DNA from: Candidatus Gottesmanbacteria bacterium
GTDB lineage: Bacteria > Patescibacteriota > Microgenomatia > JAMCYU01
Reading direction: 5' to 3'
DNA: 64,000 nucleotides
NCBI GenBank assembly: GCA_043801155.1
Contig: JAZDMI010000028.1
Coordinates: forward strand, 35,389-99,388
In this document: piece after piece, positions 9,614 through 17,226 of the stretch
Layout: each line of letters opens with the position of its first letter
Numbering within the stretch: the stretch's first letter is position 1
Translations under genes and position numbers: made by a program
Notes under the pieces: model-generated
Told to the model about the DNA's origin: nothing
Seen by the model: the letters and a program-made list of their open reading frames with translations, nothing else
Databases searched by the model: none

Positions 9614-9691
9614 CTCCTTTATGGTGTAAAGCCGCTTAAAGCTTTACACCATGAACACTGAAAAATCGTTTAAATTTTTTAGTGTTTCCCA

Positions 9692-9730
9692 CTAAAAAAC
9701 TCGCTTTAAGCGAGTTTGGGTGTTTGTTCT
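9692..9730. terminator. Bidirectional rho-independent terminator-like hairpin, with a degenerate copy at about 9771-9800.
   Basis: ACTCGCT-TTA-AGCGAGT, with an A-run 5' and a T-run 3' (aaaaaACTCGCTTTAAGCGAGTttgggtgtttg). Confidence 0.5.
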
Positions 9731-10124
9731 TAAATTTACTTTATATTTCTCTTTCTAATTTAATAAACAGCACGATAAAACTCGCTTTTATGCGAAGTTA
9801 TACCAGTGCCAATTCTTAAGATCAGATAGAGTCATATTCTGTTTATTATTTTATATGAACAGCGTCAATCTGTCAAATTGTATTTTTAATGTTTTATCTT
9901 CAGTGCTTTTATCCTATCGTCAGAAGGTGGTTTTTTTTCCTCATCGGGTTGAGGAGCTACTTCTTCTCCTTCACAAAAGTCACCACCAATAAGAAATTGC
10001 CTACTAGGAAAAAGTACTTCTTTTACTCTGTGTAAAGCGGATAAAGTTATTTTTCTAATTTCTATACTAGCTACGGTCATAATTGGTTACGGCTAGAACC
10101 GTATAAAAGATAATATGATGTTAA

Positions 10125-10152
10125 GTGCTAGGGGTGGGAGTCGGACCCACGA
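10125..10152 (-). other. 3' segment of an outer tRNA-like gene (here called X): T-arm plus acceptor 3' strand
   Basis: Minus strand reads GTGGG-TCCGACT-CCCAC-CCCTAGC-A. CCCTAGC is the exact complement of GCTAGGG at 10524-10530. The organism-specific TCCGA T-loop is also seen in the tRNA at 17098. Confidence 0.4.
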
Positions 10153-10199
10153 CCTCGGACATAGACGCGGCGCTTCGCTAGCCGCTACTATTTGCTTTT

Positions 10200-10229
10200 G
10201 TGCCAATGAGAAGAGTCGAACTTCTGTCA
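10200..10229 (-). other. 3' segment of a middle tRNA-like gene (here called Y): T-arm plus acceptor 3' strand
   Basis: Minus strand reads AGAAG-TTCGACT-CTTCT-CATTGGC-A. CATTGGC is the exact complement of the GCCAATG 5' acceptor at 10418-10424. Confidence 0.4.
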
Positions 10230-10276
10230 ATCGCTTATAACTTTCTCCGCCTTCGGCGGAACGTTTTATCGGCAAG

Positions 10277-10348
10277 TGGCTACGGCTGGGATCGAACCAG
10301 CGACACATGGCTTATGATGCCACTGCTCTACCACTGAGCTACGCAGCC
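10277..10348 (-). tRNA. tRNA-Met (anticodon CAU; elongator or lysidine-Ile2 type), intact cloverleaf
   Basis: Minus strand reads GGCTGCG-TA-GCTCAGTGGTAGAGC-A-GTGGC-ATCATAA-GCCAT-GTGTC-GCTGG-TTCGATC-CCAGC-CGTAGCC-A. It is flanked by 14-16-bp inverted repeats at 10261-10274 and 10382-10397. Confidence 0.85.
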
Positions 10349-10397
10349 AAAAAAGTTAAATCGGATAAAAGTGCAAAGCACTTTGCCGATATGAAAC

Positions 10398-10424
10398 GAC
10401 CGCTCTGCCGTTGAGCTACATTGG
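10398..10424 (-). other. 5' segment of middle tRNA-like gene Y: acceptor 5' strand plus a complete D-arm
   Basis: Minus strand reads GCCAATG-TA-GCTC-AACGGCA-GAGC-G.. and then runs straight into the inverted-repeat helix. No anticodon arm follows. Confidence 0.4.
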
Positions 10425-10510
10425 CAAATAGGAAATCCTTGCTCCCTGCCCCGCCAATGCGACTCTTCGACGCGAAGCTGTAAGCTTCGGGAGAAGCGAG
10501 CATTTGTGGG

Positions 10511-10530
10511 GTGCCACTGAGCTACCCTAG
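10511..10530 (-). other. 5' segment of outer tRNA-like gene X: acceptor plus partial D-arm
   Basis: Minus strand reads GCTAGGG-TA-GCTC-AGTGGCA, then about 330 nt of inserted sequence before the matching 3' segment at 10125-10152. Confidence 0.4.
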
Positions 10531-10580
10531 CTTAGCCTCAATTTTAGCAGAAAAAAAGCAGGAAGTAAATTTATATAGAT

Positions 10581-11183
10581 CTATAGATTCGTGGCCGCTG
10601 GGGTTTTATTGCGGAATTTATCCTGAACGTATATTACTGTGATAGTAAAAACAATAATTAAAAATAGAGAGATACCGTAAACTGCTAATCGTTGGTTGAT
10701 TTGATAAACATAGCTGACCAATTGACTTAGAAGTGTTAGCATGTTAACCACCATTGCCAAGAAAAAAGCACCAGAAGTTAACTTATAAGATGGCTTGAAT
10801 TTCCCAAAAGAAACAAACAGGATCACGGCTAAAACAAACAAAGGAATATAGATAATTGTTTTAACTAATAAATCCTTTGTTTGATACGGCAGCACCTCTG
10901 CTTTTAAATAAGCATTATTAGCTTGCTCGTAGGTTGGATAAGAAACACCAAGGTATTGGTATTGGGACATGCCATTTGCTTGCAGATTATTATTGATTGC
11001 AAATACTGGTGTTTTTGGAGTCTCACCATATAAAGATTTGGTTAAATCACTAGCAATAAATTGAATAAAAACAATTAAGGAAATTCCCAAAAGGAAACTG
11101 ATAATAAGACTTACTCCGGAATATTGTGATTTCGTTACAGGAGTAGCATTAGATTGAGGCAAAGATTCTTCCATTAAATCCAT
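10581..11183 (-). CDS. hypothetical membrane protein (200 aa, multiple transmembrane segments)
   Basis: Hydrophobic segments. It sits between the tRNA-fMet-like repeat R2 and tRNA locus 1. Confidence 0.5.
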   Translation of the reverse strand: MDLMEESLPQSNATPVTKSQYSGVSLIISFLLGISLIVFIQFIASDLTKSLYGETPKTPVFAINNNLQANGMSQYQYLGVSYPTYEQANNAYLKAEVLPYQTKDLLVKTIIYIPLFVLAVILFVSFGKFKPSYKLTSGAFFLAMVVNMLTLLSQLVSYVYQINQRLAVYGISLFLIIVFTITVIYVQDKFRNKTPAATNL

Positions 11184-11232
11184 TAAATCATTTCCGCGTC
11201 TTACCTGTCAAGCCTTGGAAACCTAGGTTATT

Positions 11233-11262
11233 GGTTGCGGGAGTTGGAAGGAATACACACAT
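11233..11262. repeat. Direct repeat R2: partial copy of the tRNA-fMet 3' end (GTTGCGGGAGTTGGAAG) plus shared extension GGAATACACAC. Resembles an att-site or cassette boundary.
   Basis: Matches 13576-13592 (gttgcggggctgggag) and 11926-11952. Confidence 0.5.
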
Positions 11263-11266
11263 ATTT

Positions 11267-11845
11267 TTACCTTTTCAATTCGTCTAACCCCGATAATTTT
11301 TCTGAAGAATCTCGATATATCTGAGTATCAAATTTAATATTAGAAAATTTTCCTTTAAGATAAAATATTATATTTTTTAACGATCCTTTATCCCAATCAC
11401 TTATATAAATTTCTTCTTTGTGACCATCATTATGGTTGAATATTAACCATATTCGTACTATGGGTATAAATGTTTTTCCTGTAAACATTGGAACTACTTG
11501 TTGTCGGTATCCCACCAAATTAATATCCTTTAGATTAATAATTTTATCCTGAGAAGAGCCCAATACAGGTTTATAGTAATAATATAAGAACTGATCATCA
11601 ATTAAAATTTTATTTTTCTGTAATTGAATAAGTATTATTAAACCTGCGACAATCCAATAGATTGCTAATCCTCCTATAATAAAAATTAACACTTGCAGGG
11701 TTTCTTGAGATGGATATTCTTTATATAAATTAATCGCTTTTGGTAATAACCAAAATCCGAAAAGGATAGTAATAATAATCAACGAACTAACGAGAAGAAG
11801 TCTTCCAAATGAAAATAACGATGGTTTGAATTCAACCTTATTCAT
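11267..11845 (-). CDS. hypothetical membrane protein (192 aa, 2-3 transmembrane segments)
   Basis: Hydrophobic N-terminal half. Bounded by repeats R1 and R2. Confidence 0.5.
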   Translation of the reverse strand: MNKVEFKPSLFSFGRLLLVSSLIIITILFGFWLLPKAINLYKEYPSQETLQVLIFIIGGLAIYWIVAGLIILIQLQKNKILIDDQFLYYYYKPVLGSSQDKIINLKDINLVGYRQQVVPMFTGKTFIPIVRIWLIFNHNDGHKEEIYISDWDKGSLKNIIFYLKGKFSNIKFDTQIYRDSSEKLSGLDELKR

Positions 11846-11900
11846 ATGATCACTATACCAAATATGTAAATGAAATGAAAATAAATAAACAAATAGCGCC

Positions 11901-11952
11901 CTATTAGACGCTATTTTTATCTCGGTTGCGGGGGCTGGAAGAAATACGCACT
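11901..11952. repeat. Direct repeat R1: copy of the tRNA-fMet 3' end plus about 35 nt of its downstream flank. Resembles an att-site or cassette boundary.
   Basis: aaatagcgccctattagacgctatttttatctcGGTTGCGGGGGCTGGAAGaaatacgcac aligns with aaatagcgtcttatagcgctctaatttagatttGTTGCGGGGCTGGGAG at 13541-13592. Confidence 0.5.
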
Positions 11953-12003
11953 TACTTCCTGAGTTTTAAAATACAATTTTAGCCTTTTCTTGTAATTATA
12001 TTT

Positions 12004-13494
12004 TTAGTTAACATCATATTCGCTTACATCTTCAAGTATTACACTGTGTTCTTGGCTGTTAGGATCAAACCTAATTAAATCATTAATATCTTGTGAATTT
12101 CTGGTCATTCTAACATATGCCACTTGTGAACTTCTATTCCACATGGCGGTAAATACAGTCCCATAACTTAACTTCTTATTATTTTCTTCTTGCATTATAC
12201 CAAGTAGATTTATTCCAGACGTGGTTTTAGGCTTCAGAAAAACATATTCAGACACGTTAGTTTCTGAATTTTTTATTAAATACGACAACCACATTCCATT
12301 TGGAGACACAGAAGCGTTTGAGACGATTCCTTTATAACCTAAGATTTCCTGTTTTAATATATTATCTGAAGACCAAAGGCTAAATTTGAAATCATAATTA
12401 GGTCTGGTTTCCAAAACGTAGAACTGGTTATCACTAATCCATCCGACGTTATACGATTGACAGGTAACTGATATATCCAAAGGTAATTTTGTTAATTTTT
12501 TATTTGGAAACTCTAAAAGATAAGATTTATATCCCCAAGTATTAAAACATCCCCGAGCCGGAGTTGTAAATTGATAATATGCTATTGCTTTATTACCGTC
12601 GGGAGAAATAGTGACTCCACTCGGAATATTCCATTCCCCACCAGACCACTCTTCGCTTATGGGATCAGGAGTAAATTCCTTATCAAAACTTATAATACTA
12701 AAGTTACCACTTATATCCTCAACTAAAAAATGAATCTTGCTGTTCCAATCAAATGCAAGAACATTTTTGTCTCTTGCCCAGTTATATAAATCATATGACT
12801 GGGAATCTACAGATTTATTAACTAATTTATCTGCAATAGAAATCTCTCTATTGTTAACGAGGTCATAAATTTTTAAGTCATAAGATATTCCTGGAGGATT
12901 AAATGCAATCGAGTCGCCGCTATTTTTGACTTCCATTGGTTCATTTTTAACATCTTCTTTCCATTTCAATAATTTATTAATTGCATCTTTGCTTATTTCT
13001 AAATAAGCAATAATTCTACCATCTCCCGATATTCTCGGTTGGGTGAAAAAATCCTCATCCCACTTAGCATCAACATTATTACCTGTTAAGTAATGACGAG
13101 ATGTGTATTGAATTGGTGTGTGAGTTGTAATTTTAGTTTGATTATTTCCTTCAACAGAACTTGTCCAAACATCACCTCCCCGAATAAAAACTATATTTGA
13201 TGAATCTCTATTATTAACAACTCTGGCGCTGAATGCTTGTGGTTTAACTGGAGGTTTAACTAAAACGGTAGTATCTCTTTCTTTTAATATCTTAGGTGTT
13301 AATAGTCCAAAGCCAAATTTATATAAACAAAGTACTGTGCTAAGGAATACAAAAATGATTAAAAGTATGACCAATATAATTTTAAACTTGGAATTTTTTT
13401 TACTGTTATTTAAAGAAGAACTAGTTGGAGTTGTAATATTCAATTTATCTGATGCTGATAGAGAATTACTATCTACCTCCATTTTCATTTCCAT
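12004..13494 (-). CDS. Hypothetical secreted or anchored protein with an N-terminal transmembrane segment and TolB/PD40-like beta-propeller repeats.
   Basis: Repeated ..SPDGNKAIAY.. and ..SPNGMWLSY.. motifs and a WD-like periodicity after one transmembrane helix. Confidence 0.5.
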   Translation of the reverse strand: MEMKMEVDSNSLSASDKLNITTPTSSSLNNSKKNSKFKIILVILLIIFVFLSTVLCLYKFGFGLLTPKILKERDTTVLVKPPVKPQAFSARVVNNRDSSNIVFIRGGDVWTSSVEGNNQTKITTHTPIQYTSRHYLTGNNVDAKWDEDFFTQPRISGDGRIIAYLEISKDAINKLLKWKEDVKNEPMEVKNSGDSIAFNPPGISYDLKIYDLVNNREISIADKLVNKSVDSQSYDLYNWARDKNVLAFDWNSKIHFLVEDISGNFSIISFDKEFTPDPISEEWSGGEWNIPSGVTISPDGNKAIAYYQFTTPARGCFNTWGYKSYLLEFPNKKLTKLPLDISVTCQSYNVGWISDNQFYVLETRPNYDFKFSLWSSDNILKQEILGYKGIVSNASVSPNGMWLSYLIKNSETNVSEYVFLKPKTTSGINLLGIMQEENNKKLSYGTVFTAMWNRSSQVAYVRMTRNSQDINDLIRFDPNSQEHSVILEDVSEYDVN

Positions 13495-13575
13495 ATGATT
13501 TAAGTATCACATAACCCCAATAAAATATCAAAAAGAATACAAAATAGCGTCTTATAGCGCTCTAATTTAGATTTG

Positions 13576-13646
13576 TTGCGGGGCTGGGAGTCGCGCCCAG
13601 CCTAGGAGATTATGAGCCTCCTGTGCAACTCTACACTACCCCGCGA
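13576..13646 (-). tRNA. initiator tRNA-fMet (CAU)
   Basis: Minus strand reads CGCGGGG-TA-GTGT..GCAC-A-GGAGG-CTCATAA-TCTCC-TAGG-CTGGG-CGCGACT-CCCAG-CCCCGCA-AC. The C1:A72 mismatch and the CGCGGGG...CCCCGCAAC ends match bacterial initiator tRNAs such as E. coli tRNA-fMet. Confidence 0.8.
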
Positions 13647-13763
13647 TTCGTTAAAAGAACATAGGTATTATATAGAATTTGATGAGATTACACAAGAAAG
13701 ACATAATTATATGATCCTCATTTTAGAAAAATTTGTAGTAGGATTGAAGGCTTGAGGTTAAAT

Positions 13764-13931
13764 TTATTTAATTATTCCCATCCCCTTAGCTCGCTCTACG
13801 AGGCTCATTAATTGTTGTTGAAGGCTTTCAGCTTCTTCCTGACTTTTAGCATTTTTAAGTGCTTCCTGCACAGCATTAATTTGTTGGATTAGATTTTCTG
13901 CTTCTGGATTGCCACCCATTTCTGCATTCAT
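13764..13931 (-). CDS. possible small coiled-coil protein (55 aa) downstream of the ftsB-like gene
   Basis: Own translation MNAEMGGNPEAENLIQQINAVQEALKNAKSQEEAESLQQQLMSLVERAKGMGIIK. The Shine-Dalgarno is weak. Below the size cut-off of the ORF track. Confidence 0.3.
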   Translation of the reverse strand: MNAEMGGNPEAENLIQQINAVQEALKNAKSQEEAESLQQQLMSLVERAKGMGIIK

Positions 13932-13956
13932 AGATTGTTATTCTAACTTCTTTTCT

Positions 13957-14301
13957 TTAAAAAAACAAATTCCGCCATTTTTCCCAATTAGATAAATTTG
14001 CATCGTGTGCCCCACTTAGATCGATTACAGTATTTGGAGAAGGCATAATAACGACAATCTCTCCTTCTCTGGCTAATCCTAATTTTTCCCTGGCTGTTTT
14101 TTCCAGATAAGCCGGGCTTTCAACTTCAGCAAGCTTTTTTTTAAGATCTTTATTTTTATTCTGAAGCTCATTAACTTGGTTTTCGGTGTTTTTTATCCTA
14201 TCGCCTGCCTGCAAAATCTCTCTAATTGATCTAGTTAAATTGATAATTAAAAACAAACCGATAATTATAATTAGAAGGTTAATAATTTTCTTTTTAAACA
14301 T
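13957..14301 (-). CDS. septum formation initiator (FtsB/DivIC-like)
   Basis: N-terminal transmembrane segment, then a coiled coil NQVNELQNKNKDLKKKLAEVESPAYLEKTAREKLGLAREGE matching the FtsB/DivIC pattern. Confidence 0.6.
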   Translation of the reverse strand: MFKKKIINLLIIIIGLFLIINLTRSIREILQAGDRIKNTENQVNELQNKNKDLKKKLAEVESPAYLEKTAREKLGLAREGEIVVIMPSPNTVIDLSGAHDANLSNWEKWRNLFF

Positions 14302-14380
14302 AAGTTAGGGCAACGTATTATTAATTTAGTATTATCTATATTGACACATATCACTATGAATGATATTATGAGCTTTAATT

Positions 14381-15247
14381 ATGGCAACTCAAGCACTTGA
14401 TTTAATATCTACTAAACAGAAATTTGTTGAATACCTTCAGGGTCAACGCCGGGCCCAAGCTACTATTTTAGCATATCGAAAAGACATCGACCAGCTCGTT
14501 AGCTTCCTAACAGATATGGGTAAGCAGAATATTGATCAAATTGAGAAGATCGATTTGGAAAGCTTTCTCTCCAAGCTCGGGAAAGATGGTTATACGCCAA
14601 AATCACTTTCACGAAAGCTAAATTCGATTAAGACTTTTTATCGCTTTTTAAAATCATCAGGCTTAACTCAATTTGACCAGGCATCCGATATATCCCATCC
14701 TAAATATGAAATTAAACCGCCGAGAATATTGTCAAAAATGGAATATCGGGCTCTGCGGGATGCCTGCCGGGATGATATCAGAATTTCGGCCATTGTTGAG
14801 TTATTCTTACAAACTGGTTTACGAATTGGCGAGCTAGCTAGTTTACATCTTGAAGATATTAATAATAGTGAAATAACAATTAAGCCTTTTGAGTCACATG
14901 AAGGCCGAAATGTACCAATGAATAAGGCGGCCAAGGCAGCATTAGACCGATATCTTGAGGTTAGACCAAAAACCAAAGATTCTTCAATCTTTATTACTAA
15001 AACCGGGCGTCCACTACTTATACGAAATATCAGAACGGCAATTGACCGTTATTTTAAATTGGCTGGCATTGAGAAGGCTTGCGTTAATGATCTTCGGCAT
15101 ACATTTATTGCTCAACATTTAATGTCCGGCACGCCGCTAACGATTATTTCCAAACTCGCCGGCCACAAAAGGCTATCAACCACGGAAAAATATTTGGATT
15201 TAGTTAAGGATAAAGTCGAGGAAAACGTTAAGCTGGAAGAATTATAA
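14381..15247 (+). CDS. tyrosine site-specific recombinase, XerC/XerD-like
   Basis: N-terminal SAM-like domain. Catalytic residues are R in LRIGELASL, H-x-x-R in LRHTFIAQHL, and H..Y in GHKRLSTTEKYL. Confidence 0.85.
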   Translation: MATQALDLISTKQKFVEYLQGQRRAQATILAYRKDIDQLVSFLTDMGKQNIDQIEKIDLESFLSKLGKDGYTPKSLSRKLNSIKTFYRFLKSSGLTQFDQASDISHPKYEIKPPRILSKMEYRALRDACRDDIRISAIVELFLQTGLRIGELASLHLEDINNSEITIKPFESHEGRNVPMNKAAKAALDRYLEVRPKTKDSSIFITKTGRPLLIRNIRTAIDRYFKLAGIEKACVNDLRHTFIAQHLMSGTPLTIISKLAGHKRLSTTEKYLDLVKDKVEENVKLEEL

Positions 15248-15261
15248 AATATAATATAGAT

Positions 15262-15858
15262 ATGTCAGTAGATCCAGAAAGATTGGTACGAAAAGTAAAA
15301 GTAGCAACCGAACCACCTAAACAGGAAAAGGCTGCTCAATGGAAAATACCCATTGAGCATCAACCAAACCCAGAAGAACTAGAACTTACCGTTCAAAGAA
15401 GGATTTGGGAAGGCCTTAATCCTCGAAGAATATTACAAGTTATAAATGAAGGAGTTTTTGGTGGGAAAGGTGAAATCGAAGATGTCTATCTTACGACTGT
15501 TGATCTAAATTTCAGTATTAACTACAACACTTATGATCATAATCATTTTATAGGTTTACAATTCCCAAAGGGAACCGACCTATCAAGGACGGTTGGAAAT
15601 ATAGGTTTGGCTGTAGTAGCACATAGCATTTTAGTAATCGGAGGATATTGTCCTAAGGGTAATCGTTGTGTTAGAGTGCCTAGTCCGTGGGGAAAAGGGT
15701 ATGTAGATGAAGTCGAATTGGTTGGAAACGAATTCAAAAAATATTTAAATCCATCTGAACCAAATATTCAAGAACTATTAGAAGGTACTTTAGCCGAGGC
15801 TTCTAAAAACTCCTCTTACCAACCTCCTTCTTATGAACCACCAAATTATTTCGGATAA
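15262..15858 (+). CDS. hypothetical protein (198 aa)
   Basis: ORF immediately after the recombinase. No motif recognised. Confidence 0.45.
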   Translation: MSVDPERLVRKVKVATEPPKQEKAAQWKIPIEHQPNPEELELTVQRRIWEGLNPRRILQVINEGVFGGKGEIEDVYLTTVDLNFSINYNTYDHNHFIGLQFPKGTDLSRTVGNIGLAVVAHSILVIGGYCPKGNRCVRVPSPWGKGYVDEVELVGNEFKKYLNPSEPNIQELLEGTLAEASKNSSYQPPSYEPPNYFG

Positions 15859-15859
15859 G

Positions 15860-16387
15860 TTAAAGTATCTTTTCTAATATCCTCGCCTCTTGCACACTCC
15901 ATGGAGAATATTGCGTTGGATCCATTTTGATATTTTCTATTAATTCAATCCAGGGAATCCATTGCCAGTCAGCTACTTCTTCTGGATTGGGAGTAAAATT
16001 ATTATCATCTTCATAATCAACATAAGCAATAAAAATCGGACAGATTTCATTTTCGACAATTCCGCTTTTGTCTTTAAATCGATAGCGATAAGGTGAGGCT
16101 TCTTTAATTTCTCCGGTAAATCTTACATTCAGCTCGCTCTCAAGTCTTCGTCTGACGGCCTCCCCGATACTCTCACCCGGCATGGGATGTCCGCAAATCG
16201 TATTTGACCAAACACCGGGAAAAGTCTTTTTGGAAAAAGCTCTTTGTGTTAAGAGAAGTTCGTTTCTTGAATTAAAGAGGAAAAACGAAAATCCACGATG
16301 AAGAGGAGTATTTTTAGTATGGACAGTGGCTTTATCAGCCGTTCCTATCTCGCGATTTTTATCATCAACCAAAACAACCTTTTCCAT
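15860..16387 (-). CDS. idi: isopentenyl-diphosphate delta-isomerase, type 1 (Nudix fold)
   Basis: LHRGFSFFLFN..LLLTQRAFSKKTFPGVWSNTICGHPMPGES..RRRLESELNV and RFKDKSGIVENEICPIF match E. coli Idi ([51 protein letters not shown]). Confidence 0.85.
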   Translation of the reverse strand: MEKVVLVDDKNREIGTADKATVHTKNTPLHRGFSFFLFNSRNELLLTQRAFSKKTFPGVWSNTICGHPMPGESIGEAVRRRLESELNVRFTGEIKEASPYRYRFKDKSGIVENEICPIFIAYVDYEDDNNFTPNPEEVADWQWIPWIELIENIKMDPTQYSPWSVQEARILEKIL

Positions 16388-16432
16388 TCTGGAATTTTAA
16401 CATCTTGTATAAAATTGGACAAGATTTAAAAA

Positions 16433-16861
16433 TTAAATTCCTCTCCCTAAGTTTGTCCTAACTAGACTACAAAATTCCCTATATGTCTCAAAATCAATTT
16501 CGGGGACTAAGGGTTTGATATTATATTCAACTTGAGTAATGACGGGTACTTTTCTCCCTGGATGTATGAAATCATTTTGCCAGCTAGAATAGTATATCTT
16601 TTCTTCTCCAACTTTAACTGGCCCATTTTCATCAAATACTGGACAAGTTCTTAAGGCAGATACAAAGGCTTCGGAAAATTTTGCAGAGGTTTCATTTATT
16701 TGTCTAGGGTCTCTTTGCACAGTAATAAGACCAGTTCTTCTCCATACTTCTTCTAATATTTGATCACCTTGACATTCCTCCAAGGTTAAGCCATTCATTT
16801 TTTCCTCTATGCCTGGTTCTACCACGAATTGTTTTTTTAATGTTTCTTGGTCCATAACCAT
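16433..16861 (-). CDS. hypothetical protein (142 aa)
   Basis: ORF with a Shine-Dalgarno. No family recognised. Confidence 0.45.
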   Translation of the reverse strand: MVMDQETLKKQFVVEPGIEEKMNGLTLEECQGDQILEEVWRRTGLITVQRDPRQINETSAKFSEAFVSALRTCPVFDENGPVKVGEEKIYYSSWQNDFIHPGRKVPVITQVEYNIKPLVPEIDFETYREFCSLVRTNLGRGI

Positions 16862-17021
16862 ATGACTTATCTCCTTAAAGTAAAAAATCTCCTTAATGAA
16901 GATTTCGTAGTTGCGAATATTGGTGGAAAAGAAGAATCTACCGCCTTTATGGTGTAAAATCGTAAAAATTTTGCACCATTAATTCTACCTACAATATGTA
17001 TTATAGCACTAAATGCAAATT

Positions 17022-17063
17022 TGGTGGATCTGGAAGGAGTCGAACCATCTGCATCGACTTTAG
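17022..17063 (-). other. Orphan tRNA 3'-half-like segment: anticodon 3' strand, T-arm, and an acceptor 3' strand that includes an encoded CCA.
   Basis: Minus strand reads ..AGTCG-ATGCA-GATGG-TTCGACT-CCTTC-CAGATCC-A-CCA. AGTCG complements the CGACT anticodon stem of the 5' fragment at 17181-17217. The acceptor strand matches no 5' segment in the window. Confidence 0.3.
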
Positions 17064-17097
17064 CTTGTCAACAATTGACAAGCGCTTAAAATTTTTG

Positions 17098-17169
17098 TGG
17101 GCACACTTGGATTCGGACCAAGGACATCTACTTTATAAGAGTAGCGCTCTACCGCTGAGCTATGTGCCC
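17098..17169 (-). tRNA. tRNA-Ile (anticodon UAU), intact, flanked by 12-13-bp inverted repeats
   Basis: Minus strand reads GGGCACA-TA-GCTCAGCGGTAGAGC-G-CTACT-CTTATAA-AGTAG-ATGTC-CTTGG-TCCGAAT-CCAAG-TGTGCCC-A. Inverted repeats are cgcttaaaatttttg (17083-17097) and caaattttaagct (17172-17184). Confidence 0.75.
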
Positions 17170-17180
17170 TTCAAATTTTA

Positions 17181-17217
17181 AGCTAAGAGTCGCGTTCTAC
17201 CGGTGAACTACGGCTCC
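17181..17217 (-). pseudogene. 5' portion only of a tRNA (acceptor, D-arm and anticodon 5' strand ending CTTAGC). Either a split or intron-interrupted tRNA, or a pseudo-tRNA.
   Basis: Minus strand reads GGAGCCG-TA-GTTC-ACCGGTA-GAAC-G-CGACT-CTTAGC|, followed by helix-forming AGCTTAAAATTTG. Confidence 0.35.
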
Positions 17218-17226
17218 AAATTTATC

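Noticed and set aside
9364-9629. Plus-strand ORFs 9364-9558 and 9378-9629 overlapping the trpS start and the 61-aa gene
   Set aside because: They overlap minus-strand genes that have strong Shine-Dalgarnos. No RBS, and odd composition.
9886-10080. 64-aa minus-strand ORF between the tRNA locus and the terminators
   Set aside because: No Shine-Dalgarno, and it overlaps a structured RNA-rich intergenic region. Probably non-coding.
10125-10530. Possibility that the tRNA inserts are group I introns
   Set aside because: The inserts are 40 to 330 nt, lack group I P/Q/R/S core elements, and one lies in a D-loop. One insert contains a complete tRNA. This fits a BHB-like or helix-bracketed insert better, so it is reported as a finding instead.
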